Below are positions 26,886 through 36,316 of a stretch of 40,000 bases of DNA, piece after piece (the first letter of the stretch is position 1; each line of letters begins with the position of its first letter). Position numbers and translations under genes: made by a program. The DNA is from Flavobacteriaceae bacterium PS02334 (lineage in GTDB: Bacteria > Bacteroidota > Bacteroidia > Flavobacteriales > Flavobacteriaceae). The notes below the pieces were generated by a model that worked only from the letters and a program-made list of their open reading frames with translations, was not told the origin of the DNA and did not search any database. The stretch lies in NCBI GenBank assembly GCA_029959295.1, contig JASCOH010000004.1:229762-269761 (forward strand). The letters run 5' to 3'.

Positions 26886-27325
26886 ATAACTTGCTCTGAA
26901 CAGGAGTTCAGAAAATCCGTTTTGAAAACGGATTGGAGTTAGCCGGGAAATCCCATCGATTCTATTACAAATTTCGGTAAGACTGTTTGAATAACAGTCA
27001 TTTATAGTCACGTCAATGAACGACAAATAGTTCCTCTGAATGCCACCACAATGCATATTGGGACTGCTTTAATTTCCTTTGTATATGGCTAGCTGGCTGA
27101 TTGGTTATATCCTTAGTTAGTTAACTAATTAGCATAAAGTCCGACAGTAAATCATCATAATTGATTGCAAGCGAATTGCAAATTTTTCAGTTAATGAAAC
27201 AGCTAATTATGGGTATGCAGTTGCATAAGTAAATAGATAGGTAGTTACATAGTTACAATAGTATATATAACTGGCTGTTCAGCTAACCAGTCAGCTAATT
27301 TGTGATAACATTAATAACAACAGAT

Positions 27326-27817
27326 ATGATACACGAAGAAAACAAAAATCAGCAACCCGAAACAGAGGGTTTTATAGAAAATTTCCTAACTGATAAGAAG
27401 AAGGAACCTTCCACAGGACAACAGGCGTTAAAGCATCGGGAAGACTTTGCCAAACCCCAAGTGGATGAGGAAGCGATCATGCGTGTAATGGCAGGTGAAG
27501 AACCTGCGGAAACTGAAACGGAACGCAAAAGACCGTCCGTTAACAATACTAAAAAAAGTAATTCACAGCCAAAGAAGCTGACCCAAGAAGATTACTGTGG
27601 ACAGTTCTTTAAAATCCCTACAACAACGGCAAGCAGGGGCAAATCGGTCTATGTACGGCAGGAACACCACGAAACGTTCAACAGACTTACCAATATTATG
27701 GGCATTGACAAACTCACCATTTATGCATATTTGGATAATATTATCGAATACCATTTTCGGGAGTTCGGGGAATTGATTAAAGAAATCTATAACGAAAAGC
27801 ACAAACCCTTGTTTTGA
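27326..27817 (+). CDS. DUF3408-like protein of Bacteroidota mobile elements
   Basis: Track ORF begins at GTG 27302; ATG 27326 is preferred. The C-terminal KSVYVRQEHHETFNRLTNIMGIDKLTIYAYLDNIIEYHF matches my recollection of the DUF3408 pattern. It is divergent from the mob genes. Confidence 0.7.
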   Translation: MIHEENKNQQPETEGFIENFLTDKKKEPSTGQQALKHREDFAKPQVDEEAIMRVMAGEEPAETETERKRPSVNNTKKSNSQPKKLTQEDYCGQFFKIPTTTASRGKSVYVRQEHHETFNRLTNIMGIDKLTIYAYLDNIIEYHFREFGELIKEIYNEKHKPLF

Positions 27818-27959
27818 CAATTACTTGTGTCTGCAAAAAGAATAGCAGAATATTTTGGATATTCTGCTGAAAAGCCATTGAACGCCAAACAGTACCGCTG
27901 ACAGCTACTTTGGACAAATGCTTCGCTATCAGGATTAATTTCCCGAAAAGCGAAAAATT

Positions 27960-28631
27960 ATGCTACACAAAGAAACGGTCAGCAAAGAAATGTGGGAACT
28001 TCTCCAAAGGCTGATGAAAGATGAAATACTGAAAGATTTTAATCTCGTTGGCGGAACTTCGCTAAGTCTTCAGATCGGCCACCGATTAAGCATCGATATA
28101 GATCTGTTCACTACAAAAGGCTTTGACGAACAAGCCCTGTTGAAAGATTTAGCCAATAAGTATCCGATAAGGATAAGGGATATGTTTGATAATACAATCC
28201 TGCTAGATATAGATAAGGTAAAAGTAGATATTCTCGCCCACCAATATCCTTGGCAAAAGCCCATTGAAACAATAGAAGGGGTACGGTTAGCTTCTCTAGA
28301 GGACATAGGGGCAATGAAACTTCACGCGATCTTTCAAAATGGTACACGGATAAAGGATTTCATTGATATGTACTTTCTCCTAGAACATCATCCGCTTACG
28401 ATCTATCTGGAATCTTATCGGAACAAGTATGGTGGCAATCCTGCTATGGCTTCATACGCTTTATTGCATCATAAAAATATAGATAAGGAAGTAAAAGTTA
28501 ATATGTTGAAAGGAAAAGAAGTTGATATGAAAAAGGTTGCTGAGCGATTGACAAAAGCTGTCTATAATCCAACGCTCAAATTCGGAGAAAGACCAGATCC
28601 GCCTAATAAAGGCAGAGGTTTTAAGCGCTGA
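27960..28631 (+). CDS. AbiEii/AbiGii-family nucleotidyltransferase (type IV TA toxin-like)
   Basis: 223 aa with the signature LVGGTSLSLQIGHRLSIDIDLF. Confidence 0.8.
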   Translation: MLHKETVSKEMWELLQRLMKDEILKDFNLVGGTSLSLQIGHRLSIDIDLFTTKGFDEQALLKDLANKYPIRIRDMFDNTILLDIDKVKVDILAHQYPWQKPIETIEGVRLASLEDIGAMKLHAIFQNGTRIKDFIDMYFLLEHHPLTIYLESYRNKYGGNPAMASYALLHHKNIDKEVKVNMLKGKEVDMKKVAERLTKAVYNPTLKFGERPDPPNKGRGFKR

Positions 28632-28670
28632 TATAATGAGTAACAGCTAAAAAAATCGTATCTTTATTGT

Positions 28671-28988
28671 ATGGAATTAAGAGGACAAAATAAAAACATT
28701 CCAAATCTTGACCCTGTCTTTTTTTGGGATTTCGATATTGATGCAATGGACTTTATGAAAGCCCATAAGACCATTATTGCCCGAATTATCGAACGTGGCG
28801 GTCAGGAAGAGATTGATGAAATTATCCGTTTTTATGGGTATAGCAAAGTAGTCACGGCTATCCGTGACGAAATCTACTTCCTGCCCAATTATGCTATTGA
28901 CAAAGCGCTGAAATTCTTTTCCGAACTTAAAAAGGAAGAAATGTACTGTTACCTGAACCGTAAGGGCAAGCCCTATCATTGGATATAA
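28671..28988 (+). CDS. Small protein, DUF6922-like (partner of Bacteroidota AbiEii-type NTases)
   Basis: 105 aa. LDPVFFWDFDIDAMDFMKAHKTIIARIIERGGQEEIDEIIRFYG resembles the domain I recall next to such NTases. The assignment is from memory only. Confidence 0.5.
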   Translation: MELRGQNKNIPNLDPVFFWDFDIDAMDFMKAHKTIIARIIERGGQEEIDEIIRFYGYSKVVTAIRDEIYFLPNYAIDKALKFFSELKKEEMYCYLNRKGKPYHWI

Positions 28989-29675
28989 AAATCCAATACT
29001 AAAAGCGGTGTTCTTTTTGCTTCTTTTTCTTGCTCCGCAAATTCTCCAAGAAAAAGAAGTCACGGCTAACCGATAAAGGGCAAACAAAATACCCTATCCC
29101 TCTAAAGATTGCATATAGCCGTAAAATTCTCAAAAAAATGTTTCCAAAAGAAAAAAACAAGAAAAAAAGAAAGCAGATAAACGGGAAGGGCAATGCAGAG
29201 CCAAAAGGAAACGGAATAAGTCCCGAAGGGTGAAAAAGAAAAAAATATTTGGCGAAGCTTTTTTCTTTTTCATTATGCCGTAAGCTTTTGGCTGGCCGTT
29301 GTGTGGGATGCCCTTCCCAACTTAGCTGTCTTTTTATCTGTTTATTTGGAAACCTATCTTTACTAACAGTTCCGCTTATGAAAAGCGGAATAGATTTCAT
29401 TTATAAATGATCTGGCTTTAAAAGCCACAGAAAGGATAACGGAAAATACTTTTGGGTATGTGGATGGGGTATTTTTTGTTTTGCTTTCTACAATATCCGT
29501 ACAAAACTTTTTAATTTGCCGAGGAGGAAGCGTCGGTAAATTAAAGTGTTTTGAGGATAAAAATCTGGTTATAATACTCTTATCTGGTAATTGCACGCCA
29601 AATACTACCTCTGGATGCAAGATTATAATGACTGATATAAGTAACCTATATTTTTGAAGTTTAAATTGCAAAAAT

Positions 29676-29972
29676 ATGGACGTAGCAGTTTTAGATATTC
29701 AGATTTTAAAAGCACTGTATAGGGAAGTAAAGGAAGTTTCCAATTTGATTGCGGAAATTACTGCACCCTACAAAGCACTTCAACAGGCAACGAAATGGCT
29801 TGACGGGCAGGAAGCCTGCCAATTGCTCAATATCAGCAAGCGAACGTTGCAAACGTACAGAACAAAAGGTGTTCTCGGGGCAACCCAAATCAATCGTAAG
29901 AATTATTTCAAACTGACTGATGTGGAATTGCTGATGCAGACAGAGCAACCATTAAAAAAGCGAAAGAAATGA
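29676..29972 (+). CDS. HTH_17 (MerR/excisionase-like) DNA-binding protein
   Basis: 98 aa with WLDGQEACQLLNISKRTLQTYRTKGVL. Confidence 0.8.
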   Translation: MDVAVLDIQILKALYREVKEVSNLIAEITAPYKALQQATKWLDGQEACQLLNISKRTLQTYRTKGVLGATQINRKNYFKLTDVELLMQTEQPLKKRKK

Positions 29973-30250
29973 AACAGATTGGGGATTCAAACGAGGATAT
30001 GCTTGCCTTGCTCGAAGCTGTGGTACGCATCAAAAATGAACTGTTGTACATCAGGGAATATTTCCACCCGCTCTTAAAAGGAGAAATCTACCTGTCAGGT
30101 GAACAGGTTTGCAAGATGCTTCACATCAGCAAACGGACATTGCAACAGTACAGGGATGAAGGACTGATACCGTTTATCAAACTCGAACGGAAAATACTTT
30201 TCCGAGAAAGTGATATTATCAAAGTGTTAGAAGATAACTATCAACTTTAG
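29969..30250 (+). CDS. HTH_17 (MerR/excisionase-like) DNA-binding protein, paralog of the preceding gene
   Basis: 93 aa with YLSGEQVCKMLHISKRTLQQYRDEGLIPF. It has a 4-nt ATGA overlap with the upstream gene. Confidence 0.8.
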   Translation: MKQIGDSNEDMLALLEAVVRIKNELLYIREYFHPLLKGEIYLSGEQVCKMLHISKRTLQQYRDEGLIPFIKLERKILFRESDIIKVLEDNYQL

Positions 30251-30300
30251 CCGATTAAATCAAAATGAATACTAAAAAATTATAGCTTTATCAGTCAATT

Positions 30301-30341
30301 AAAATTCAGCTCATTGCTTAAAAACAATGAGCTGAATTTTT
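30301..30341. terminator. Bidirectional terminator between convergent HTH_17 and DUF262 genes
   Basis: 15-bp perfect stem AAATTCAGCTCATTG / CAATGAGCTGAATTT with T/A runs on both sides. Confidence 0.8.
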
Positions 30342-30380
30342 GTTATGCTATTTTCGAATAAATTATGCAAGTATCAATAA

Positions 30381-32627
30381 TTATTTTTGTCCAATTTCAC
30401 TCAATGTTTGTTCGAGTAATTTTATTCTGTCTTCCAGGTCATTTCCGTCATTGGTTTGTGGTATAAAATAAAGACCATCTTTGTTTATTGTACCATTTAG
30501 CTGAAGGTCGTCTAATAAAGTATTTGCTGACCTATCGCTCATTCCATTTTCAAACAAAAAACCGTTTGGTACTGAAAAAATCAAAATCTTTTTTCGGTTA
30601 TGTGAGAAGCCAAGTTTAGCTCCATAGTTGTCAAGACTAACATTTTTAATTCTTTTTGAGTTTTTGACTTCTCTTAAAAACGGATCCCAATGCCACCCAT
30701 TAAATTGTCTTTCTTTCATTTTCCAAATGCAATAATCAGTACCTTTCAAAAAAGAATAATATCCTTGGTTGCAGTTTTCTCTAAACGAAGAATATTTCAT
30801 AAAGTAATATTTCCAATCCTTTGGACTTTTTGAATAATCAAAAAGGACTTCATCAGTTTTTTGCTGAATTGAAGCTGATTGATTGGCAATAAAGAAATCT
30901 AAACACTGTAGAATAACTGTTCGGGTTTTTTCCTGAAAATCTGATTTGTTATAGCCTGGGGTTGTTAGAAAATTTCTGACAACACGCCCTTTATTTGACA
31001 TTAAATTAGTTAATGTCCCATCGCTTTGTGAATAATCTCCGAAGCTCAACAAAAGATTACTCTTCGTATTGAAATCTGAAATAATATCATTCTCATCAAA
31101 TATTTCTAAAAATTTATTTGCTCGATTTTTAAAGTCACCAGCCAAAGGAAACAACGAGATACTTCCTCTAAGAATATCACTGTCTTCAAGTTTCTGAAGA
31201 TTTTTTTTGCTTGTTGTAACGTGATAGATGTACTCTTTTTTTGATTTTTCTTCTTGGATCTGATCCGTTTTAAACGTTTTAAAAATCTCTAAATCATTAT
31301 TTTTAATGAAATGTTCCGCTTCTTCGAAGCTGTTCCCTAAATTAGATTCACGCAATTCGTTTTCAGAATTTACGACCAAATTTCTTAAAGTTCGTATTTG
31401 GTCATTGAATAAATCATTTGGATTCTTAAGATGTGTTAAGCAGGCTAAAAGTAAAATTTGCTCAGGAAACGACAAAACCCTATTATCTGCGAAACGTAAA
31501 CATCGTTTTAAAAGGTTAGTCTCTTCTCCGGGGAAAAATAACCTTGTCTTAGTGGTTGTGAAATCATCTTTCCTAAAATAGAACAATTCATTCCAAAATG
31601 CTGGATTTTCTCGTTCTTGCCTACATATTGCATCTAGTGCATCAAACAAAAAGTTTTGATTTTCAGTGTTTTTGTAGATTGTTTTAAGTAATTCGGCTGA
31701 TTCAATAGTATTTGAATAACGGAAATCGCTTTTATCTTTCAAATCTTTTTTGAATGATATAACTGAAGTAATGAAATTGAAAAAGTTAAGGAAAGAATTA
31801 TCAACGATTAGAGCAATGTCGTCATCTTCTGTTAAAGAACCTGATTCAATAATGATATGCCAAATAGCATCTGTCCAAGTTCCATCTATTGATAATTCAA
31901 ATCGTTTCCTTTGTTCGGGTTCTGAAATAATTTCAGAAAATCCAGCCTTAAAATATTCAAACTCTGTTAAAGGCTTTCCGCGAGAGTTCATTTTGATATA
32001 CAAATCGTCTGTTAAGCCAACTTTCTCCATATCTAATTTATAAAAATAGAATGGCGAATTTTCAATAACGTTCCAAACAGATTTTACATTTAAGCCTTTG
32101 TATCTTAGTTCAATATCCTTAAGAACAACAAGCATTGCCTGAATACTGGGGTCGAAATCCCACGTTTCAAAATACCAAGGTTGGTTTGTAATTTCTTCGT
32201 TAATATGTTCGTGTGAAAATTCGGGTTTAAATTGAATTAAATTTCTGTAGAACTCAGTGGTACTGTGTCTTGTTTCATACATAAAGTTGGCAAGAAAAGT
32301 GACTTCACCATCTGAAATACCTTCCTTGACAGAAACAAACCAATACAACAGCCAAAGTGTTGTTAACCTTTGTTGTCCATCAATCGGAACAAAAGTAATT
32401 TGATTATTGGACTCTTCTTCATTGAATCCGTAAATAAAATCAAGTTCAATTTCAATCTCTGGATATAATTCCTTTTTGGAAATGAAGTCAAATAAAACAT
32501 CTAAAAAATCTTTTCGGATTTTATTAGTTTTATTATCTGTTCTTCCTTGTGCATAATCCCTTTGAATGATGGGTATTTCAACCTTGTTATTCAATATTTC
32601 GATATAATTATTTCTCATTTTCTTCAA
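30381..32627 (-). CDS. DUF262 (ParB/Srx-like NTPase) domain protein with long unassigned C-terminal region
   Basis: 748 aa with IPIIQRDYAQGR and PIDGQQRLTTLWLL (DUF262 signatures). I see no His-Me/HNH motif in the C-terminal ~450 aa. Confidence 0.8.
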   Translation of the reverse strand: MKKMRNNYIEILNNKVEIPIIQRDYAQGRTDNKTNKIRKDFLDVLFDFISKKELYPEIEIELDFIYGFNEEESNNQITFVPIDGQQRLTTLWLLYWFVSVKEGISDGEVTFLANFMYETRHSTTEFYRNLIQFKPEFSHEHINEEITNQPWYFETWDFDPSIQAMLVVLKDIELRYKGLNVKSVWNVIENSPFYFYKLDMEKVGLTDDLYIKMNSRGKPLTEFEYFKAGFSEIISEPEQRKRFELSIDGTWTDAIWHIIIESGSLTEDDDIALIVDNSFLNFFNFITSVISFKKDLKDKSDFRYSNTIESAELLKTIYKNTENQNFLFDALDAICRQERENPAFWNELFYFRKDDFTTTKTRLFFPGEETNLLKRCLRFADNRVLSFPEQILLLACLTHLKNPNDLFNDQIRTLRNLVVNSENELRESNLGNSFEEAEHFIKNNDLEIFKTFKTDQIQEEKSKKEYIYHVTTSKKNLQKLEDSDILRGSISLFPLAGDFKNRANKFLEIFDENDIISDFNTKSNLLLSFGDYSQSDGTLTNLMSNKGRVVRNFLTTPGYNKSDFQEKTRTVILQCLDFFIANQSASIQQKTDEVLFDYSKSPKDWKYYFMKYSSFRENCNQGYYSFLKGTDYCIWKMKERQFNGWHWDPFLREVKNSKRIKNVSLDNYGAKLGFSHNRKKILIFSVPNGFLFENGMSDRSANTLLDDLQLNGTINKDGLYFIPQTNDGNDLEDRIKLLEQTLSEIGQK

Positions 32628-34446
32628 CTATTTCAGGATTATACAATTCTACGCATTTTCGGATTTCATTTGAATACGTATCCCTTTCTTCTTTTGTCCA
32701 TACAGAATAATGTTGTCCATTATCGGATGCGTAATATTTCAGAAAAATCCTCTTGGTAGCTAATGGAATAAATGCTCCCGTTCTGTCTAGTTCAATAATT
32801 TTTCTGCGTTTTACTTCAAAAACTGAATTGCTTAAGGAAATATTTTCTGTAAGTCCCAGCAATGCCATATTTTGAATTTTATGTAAATATTCGTTTTCAT
32901 TGGTGTTTTCAGACGGAATGAGCTTTAAAATTCGTTCGCTTAATGTTTTGAAGTCCTCGTATCTGTAAGTTTTCTGGTCAATTGAATTGACTTCTGCGAT
33001 AATTCTTTTTGCTTTCTCTTTATCAATAGCAACATTCAATAATATATTAGAGTGAGAGCAAAGCCAACTGAACCATTCTTCTCTTTTATTCTCGTTGATT
33101 CCTTCAATGTTTTGTGAGTGAATATGTTCTAAACTTTTTGTAATGTTTTTATACATTTCAAAAGGGAAAAACTCATTACTATTTTTATTTCCTCTTATTA
33201 ATTCAATATTGGTTAAAAGCAGTACTCTGATAATTTTATCGTGGTCACTTCTTTTGTCGTATCTCAAATCTTCCCAGTCATCATCAATGTTGTTAGCAAT
33301 TAACTCGTCGATTTCTTTTTCAAAATTTTGTTTGGTATAGTTTTTCTTGATTTTTATTAAATTGGCAATAGGCGTACCTGTAGTAATAAGATAGCCAATT
33401 TTGTGATATAGATTTTTGTTTGAATACCAGTAGGCTAATGAGCGATATATTTCTTCTACCTCAATCCATTTTCTCCAAAGTGAATCGGCGGTTTCTTTTT
33501 CATCGAAAAAGTGAATAAAACTATATAAGGGGTCTTTTTCGCTTGATATTTTGTTAGAAATGATGTCAAATAAATATTCAATCTTATTACTGTATCTGTC
33601 TAATTTTTCGTTTGAAACAAACGCCCAAAATTTTGGATTGTTGAGTTGATTTTCAATTTCATCCCAAATTTGTACTAATTGTGTTCTGCGTTTAATTTTG
33701 TCATCTTCCGACATTCCTTTAAAACTGTCAGCATTTACAAATTTTGCTTTAATCAATTCAGCACTTGTAAGTGGTATTTTACCTCGATTTAAACGAGTAA
33801 ACAACTCTTCGCTTTTTTGTGTTGTATCTTTTATTTCATACCAAATTACTTGTACGCTCCATTCTGGCAGTTGTTTTTCTACTTTGTCGTTTATCAGGAT
33901 GCTTGGTAAGATGATTTTCAGTATTTCATCTTTTACCTGTCTCGGAATTCCTTTTTTTCCGTCTTCAAACCATTCTTTTATACAATTATAAGCCTCACTC
34001 ATATAGTATAAGTCTGGTTTTGTGTTATTAGATGTATTTGTTTCCAAAAATGCTTTAGATTCAAGTCGAGTCTTATAATAAATGGAATATAAATCGTTTT
34101 GATAACCTTCGGATTTCAAATTGTTTTGAAGATACTCCAATGTTAAGTAAGTAATAATACGATGAAGGGTTGTTAAGCGTTGTTGCCCGTCAATGAGTTC
34201 ATAACCTTGTATTGTTTTTCCTTCAATGTCTTGCCACTCAGCTTTTCTTACAACCACGGGTTGTAAACAATAAAATGTATTTCTGTTATTAGGTTCTTGT
34301 CTGTATTCCCAAATGTCATTGAGTAATTGTAAAACGTTAGTTTTTGTCCATCTGTAACCTCTTTGATATTCGGGAATATAAAAATTATCCCCCAAGAGTT
34401 CGGTAATACTTAATGTCTTAATTTGGTTTTCTTGCATAATTATCAA
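32608..34446 (-). CDS. GmrSD-family type IV restriction-like protein (DUF262 + DUF1524)
   Basis: 612 aa with IPEYQRGYRWTK and LIDGQQRLTTLHRI (DUF262). The C-terminal LEHIHSQN ... NMALLGLTENISLSNSVFEVKRRK is a DUF1524 His-Me finger-like motif. Its 3' end overlaps the next gene by 20 nt. Confidence 0.8.
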   Translation of the reverse strand: MIIMQENQIKTLSITELLGDNFYIPEYQRGYRWTKTNVLQLLNDIWEYRQEPNNRNTFYCLQPVVVRKAEWQDIEGKTIQGYELIDGQQRLTTLHRIITYLTLEYLQNNLKSEGYQNDLYSIYYKTRLESKAFLETNTSNNTKPDLYYMSEAYNCIKEWFEDGKKGIPRQVKDEILKIILPSILINDKVEKQLPEWSVQVIWYEIKDTTQKSEELFTRLNRGKIPLTSAELIKAKFVNADSFKGMSEDDKIKRRTQLVQIWDEIENQLNNPKFWAFVSNEKLDRYSNKIEYLFDIISNKISSEKDPLYSFIHFFDEKETADSLWRKWIEVEEIYRSLAYWYSNKNLYHKIGYLITTGTPIANLIKIKKNYTKQNFEKEIDELIANNIDDDWEDLRYDKRSDHDKIIRVLLLTNIELIRGNKNSNEFFPFEMYKNITKSLEHIHSQNIEGINENKREEWFSWLCSHSNILLNVAIDKEKAKRIIAEVNSIDQKTYRYEDFKTLSERILKLIPSENTNENEYLHKIQNMALLGLTENISLSNSVFEVKRRKIIELDRTGAFIPLATKRIFLKYYASDNGQHYSVWTKEERDTYSNEIRKCVELYNPEIVEENEK

Positions 34447-34604
34447 ATAGTTTATTTTTTGGTAATGATAAAAAGTTAATCAATCAAAATATCTCGTTTT
34501 GATTTTACTTTTATAGCACTGTTGTAGTTTCGTGATTTTTGAAATTGTCCACTTTTCCAAAGCATAAACTTTGAAAAATATGTTTTATCATTAGCTAAAA
34601 TACA

Positions 34605-34638
34605 GAAAAAAGCCAATGTACAAGACATTGACTTTTTC
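34605..34638 (-). terminator. Rho-independent terminator after the three-gene operon
   Basis: The minus strand reads AGTCAATGT-CTTGT-ACATTGGCT followed by TTTTTTC, about 65 nt after the stop at 34703. Confidence 0.7.
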
Positions 34639-34702
34639 ATTTGATTTATTTATTTCACTTTTCCAAATAGTGATTATTTCTTGTCAATGTTTACTCACTT
34701 GT

Positions 34703-36316
34703 TTAATCTTCTTCAAAGTTTAGTATTTCACCTTCAATAACCAAATTATGCAATTCAGACATCAGTTTCTCAACAATTATATTCATCTGCCCAACTTCTT
34801 CCTTATCCAGTTTTGATAACTTATGATGAAGGGTCATATGTCTATCCAAATAAGGAAAGAAATTCGTCCAGAACTGCTCAATCAAATATTCATATTTTCG
34901 AATATCAGAATCTGCATACAGGCATAACTGCCACAATGATTGACTGGATAGGTAATTAGGCAGGTAATACGTTTTCACAAAAATGTATGTCCTGCAAAAA
35001 GACAGGAAAAACAATGAAAATAGATATTCTAAACCTTGGTAGTTTCCTTTAGGATTATTGGCTATCTCAAAGAACTGGAAAGCACTGTTCTTGGTTGATA
35101 TATAATGAAAGTACAAATCAGGGTGGTAAGGATCGTGAGGAACTTCCCAATGAAATTCTGGGTGGTATGGGCTGGATGAATATATGAGGTATTTCTCTTG
35201 AATAATGCTAGTAAAGAAACTCTGAGTATGATAGAGATTTTTTTGAATCCAGCAACGGCTATGGCTTATCAAAACAAAAGCATATTTCCCGTTCATTCTG
35301 CTTTTGAGTGATTGGCTTATCAAACTTAATTTTTCGTTGCCTGCCCCTTCAGATATCAGCATTAGATAATACGTTGTTTTCTCTCCATATGTAATTTGAT
35401 GATAGAGATAAATCTGTTCGGCTTCTACAAAATTTAGTATGGTTTCAATAGCAGTTTCAAGAATTGCATCTTTCGGTTCTTTACCAATCATATTAGATAC
35501 TTTTTGCACTTTAAAAGATTGTTTTCTTATCCTTTTCTTTAATTCATCAAGACGATTTTCAATAAGATGGTAAAGACTTTGTTCTGCAATGCTAACCGCT
35601 TCGTACATCTCACTTTTATATATTACATCATCATCGGCAGTTGCTTCTTTTGCTTTTTCAAAGAGTTCAGTAAGATAATATTTGCTATGGCTATTTTTTA
35701 CAAAGTATTTTTGGATTTCAGGAATATATTCGATTAGATTGTTGATCCTTTCGTCCAAACCCAGCGAATTATGATTATTTCCTGAATAAAGTTCTTCCAA
35801 ATATTCAAGATCGTACTCTATCAATCTTGCATAGGATGTAAAAACACTGTTTGAAGAACCTTCTGAAATAAGATTTTGGACTTGAGACCTATAAAGATCG
35901 TGATCGTGGTAAAATCCTTCTTGAAAGACATTGAATTTTTTCTTGTATTTTTTCCACTCCCTTGCAATGATTAGCGAATCTCCGAACTCTTCATTTTGGT
36001 AGATAAGTGTCGAAGGCTGACAGCAGAATTCAATAAAGGGATGCCCTAGAGAAAATTTATGATAAAATTTTACGGAGTAGATGAATTGGACATCTATCTT
36101 ATATTGATTTCTAACTTTCTGTACCCATTTGCTTTGCTGTAGCTCCTGTGCATCGCTATTTTTTTCAGTATGAATAATCAGATGCGAAAATAGGGATGAG
36201 GTATTTTTTACCAAAAACAACTGAATGATATTATGCTGATTGACCAATTGTCTCAGGATATTTTCCAAAAACTCGTTTTCAAGTTTGGGAAATGTGATTT
36301 TTTTTGAAGTTTTCAT
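34703..36316 (-). CDS. Unknown protein X3: apparent tandem duplication of a degenerate NTase-like + helical (HEPN-like) module
   Basis: 537 aa. Residues ~20-115 and ~285-400 share the pattern I..L....Q..L...(hydrophobic strand)...Y.hxh..S......LIY. Each is followed by a helical region. No GS/DxD or Rx4-6H catalytic motifs were found. The call is by eye only. Confidence 0.6.
   Translation of the reverse strand: MKTSKKITFPKLENEFLENILRQLVNQHNIIQLFLVKNTSSLFSHLIIHTEKNSDAQELQQSKWVQKVRNQYKIDVQFIYSVKFYHKFSLGHPFIEFCCQPSTLIYQNEEFGDSLIIAREWKKYKKKFNVFQEGFYHDHDLYRSQVQNLISEGSSNSVFTSYARLIEYDLEYLEELYSGNNHNSLGLDERINNLIEYIPEIQKYFVKNSHSKYYLTELFEKAKEATADDDVIYKSEMYEAVSIAEQSLYHLIENRLDELKKRIRKQSFKVQKVSNMIGKEPKDAILETAIETILNFVEAEQIYLYHQITYGEKTTYYLMLISEGAGNEKLSLISQSLKSRMNGKYAFVLISHSRCWIQKNLYHTQSFFTSIIQEKYLIYSSSPYHPEFHWEVPHDPYHPDLYFHYISTKNSAFQFFEIANNPKGNYQGLEYLFSLFFLSFCRTYIFVKTYYLPNYLSSQSLWQLCLYADSDIRKYEYLIEQFWTNFFPYLDRHMTLHHKLSKLDKEEVGQMNIIVEKLMSELHNLVIEGEILNFEED

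Noticed and set aside
28999-29671. Track ORFs 28999..29400, 29030..29233, 29363..29671 and 29460..29657
   Set aside because: Their low-complexity Lys-rich or Phe-rich translations arise from purine and pyrimidine tracts and mutually overlap on both strands. The region is treated as non-coding.
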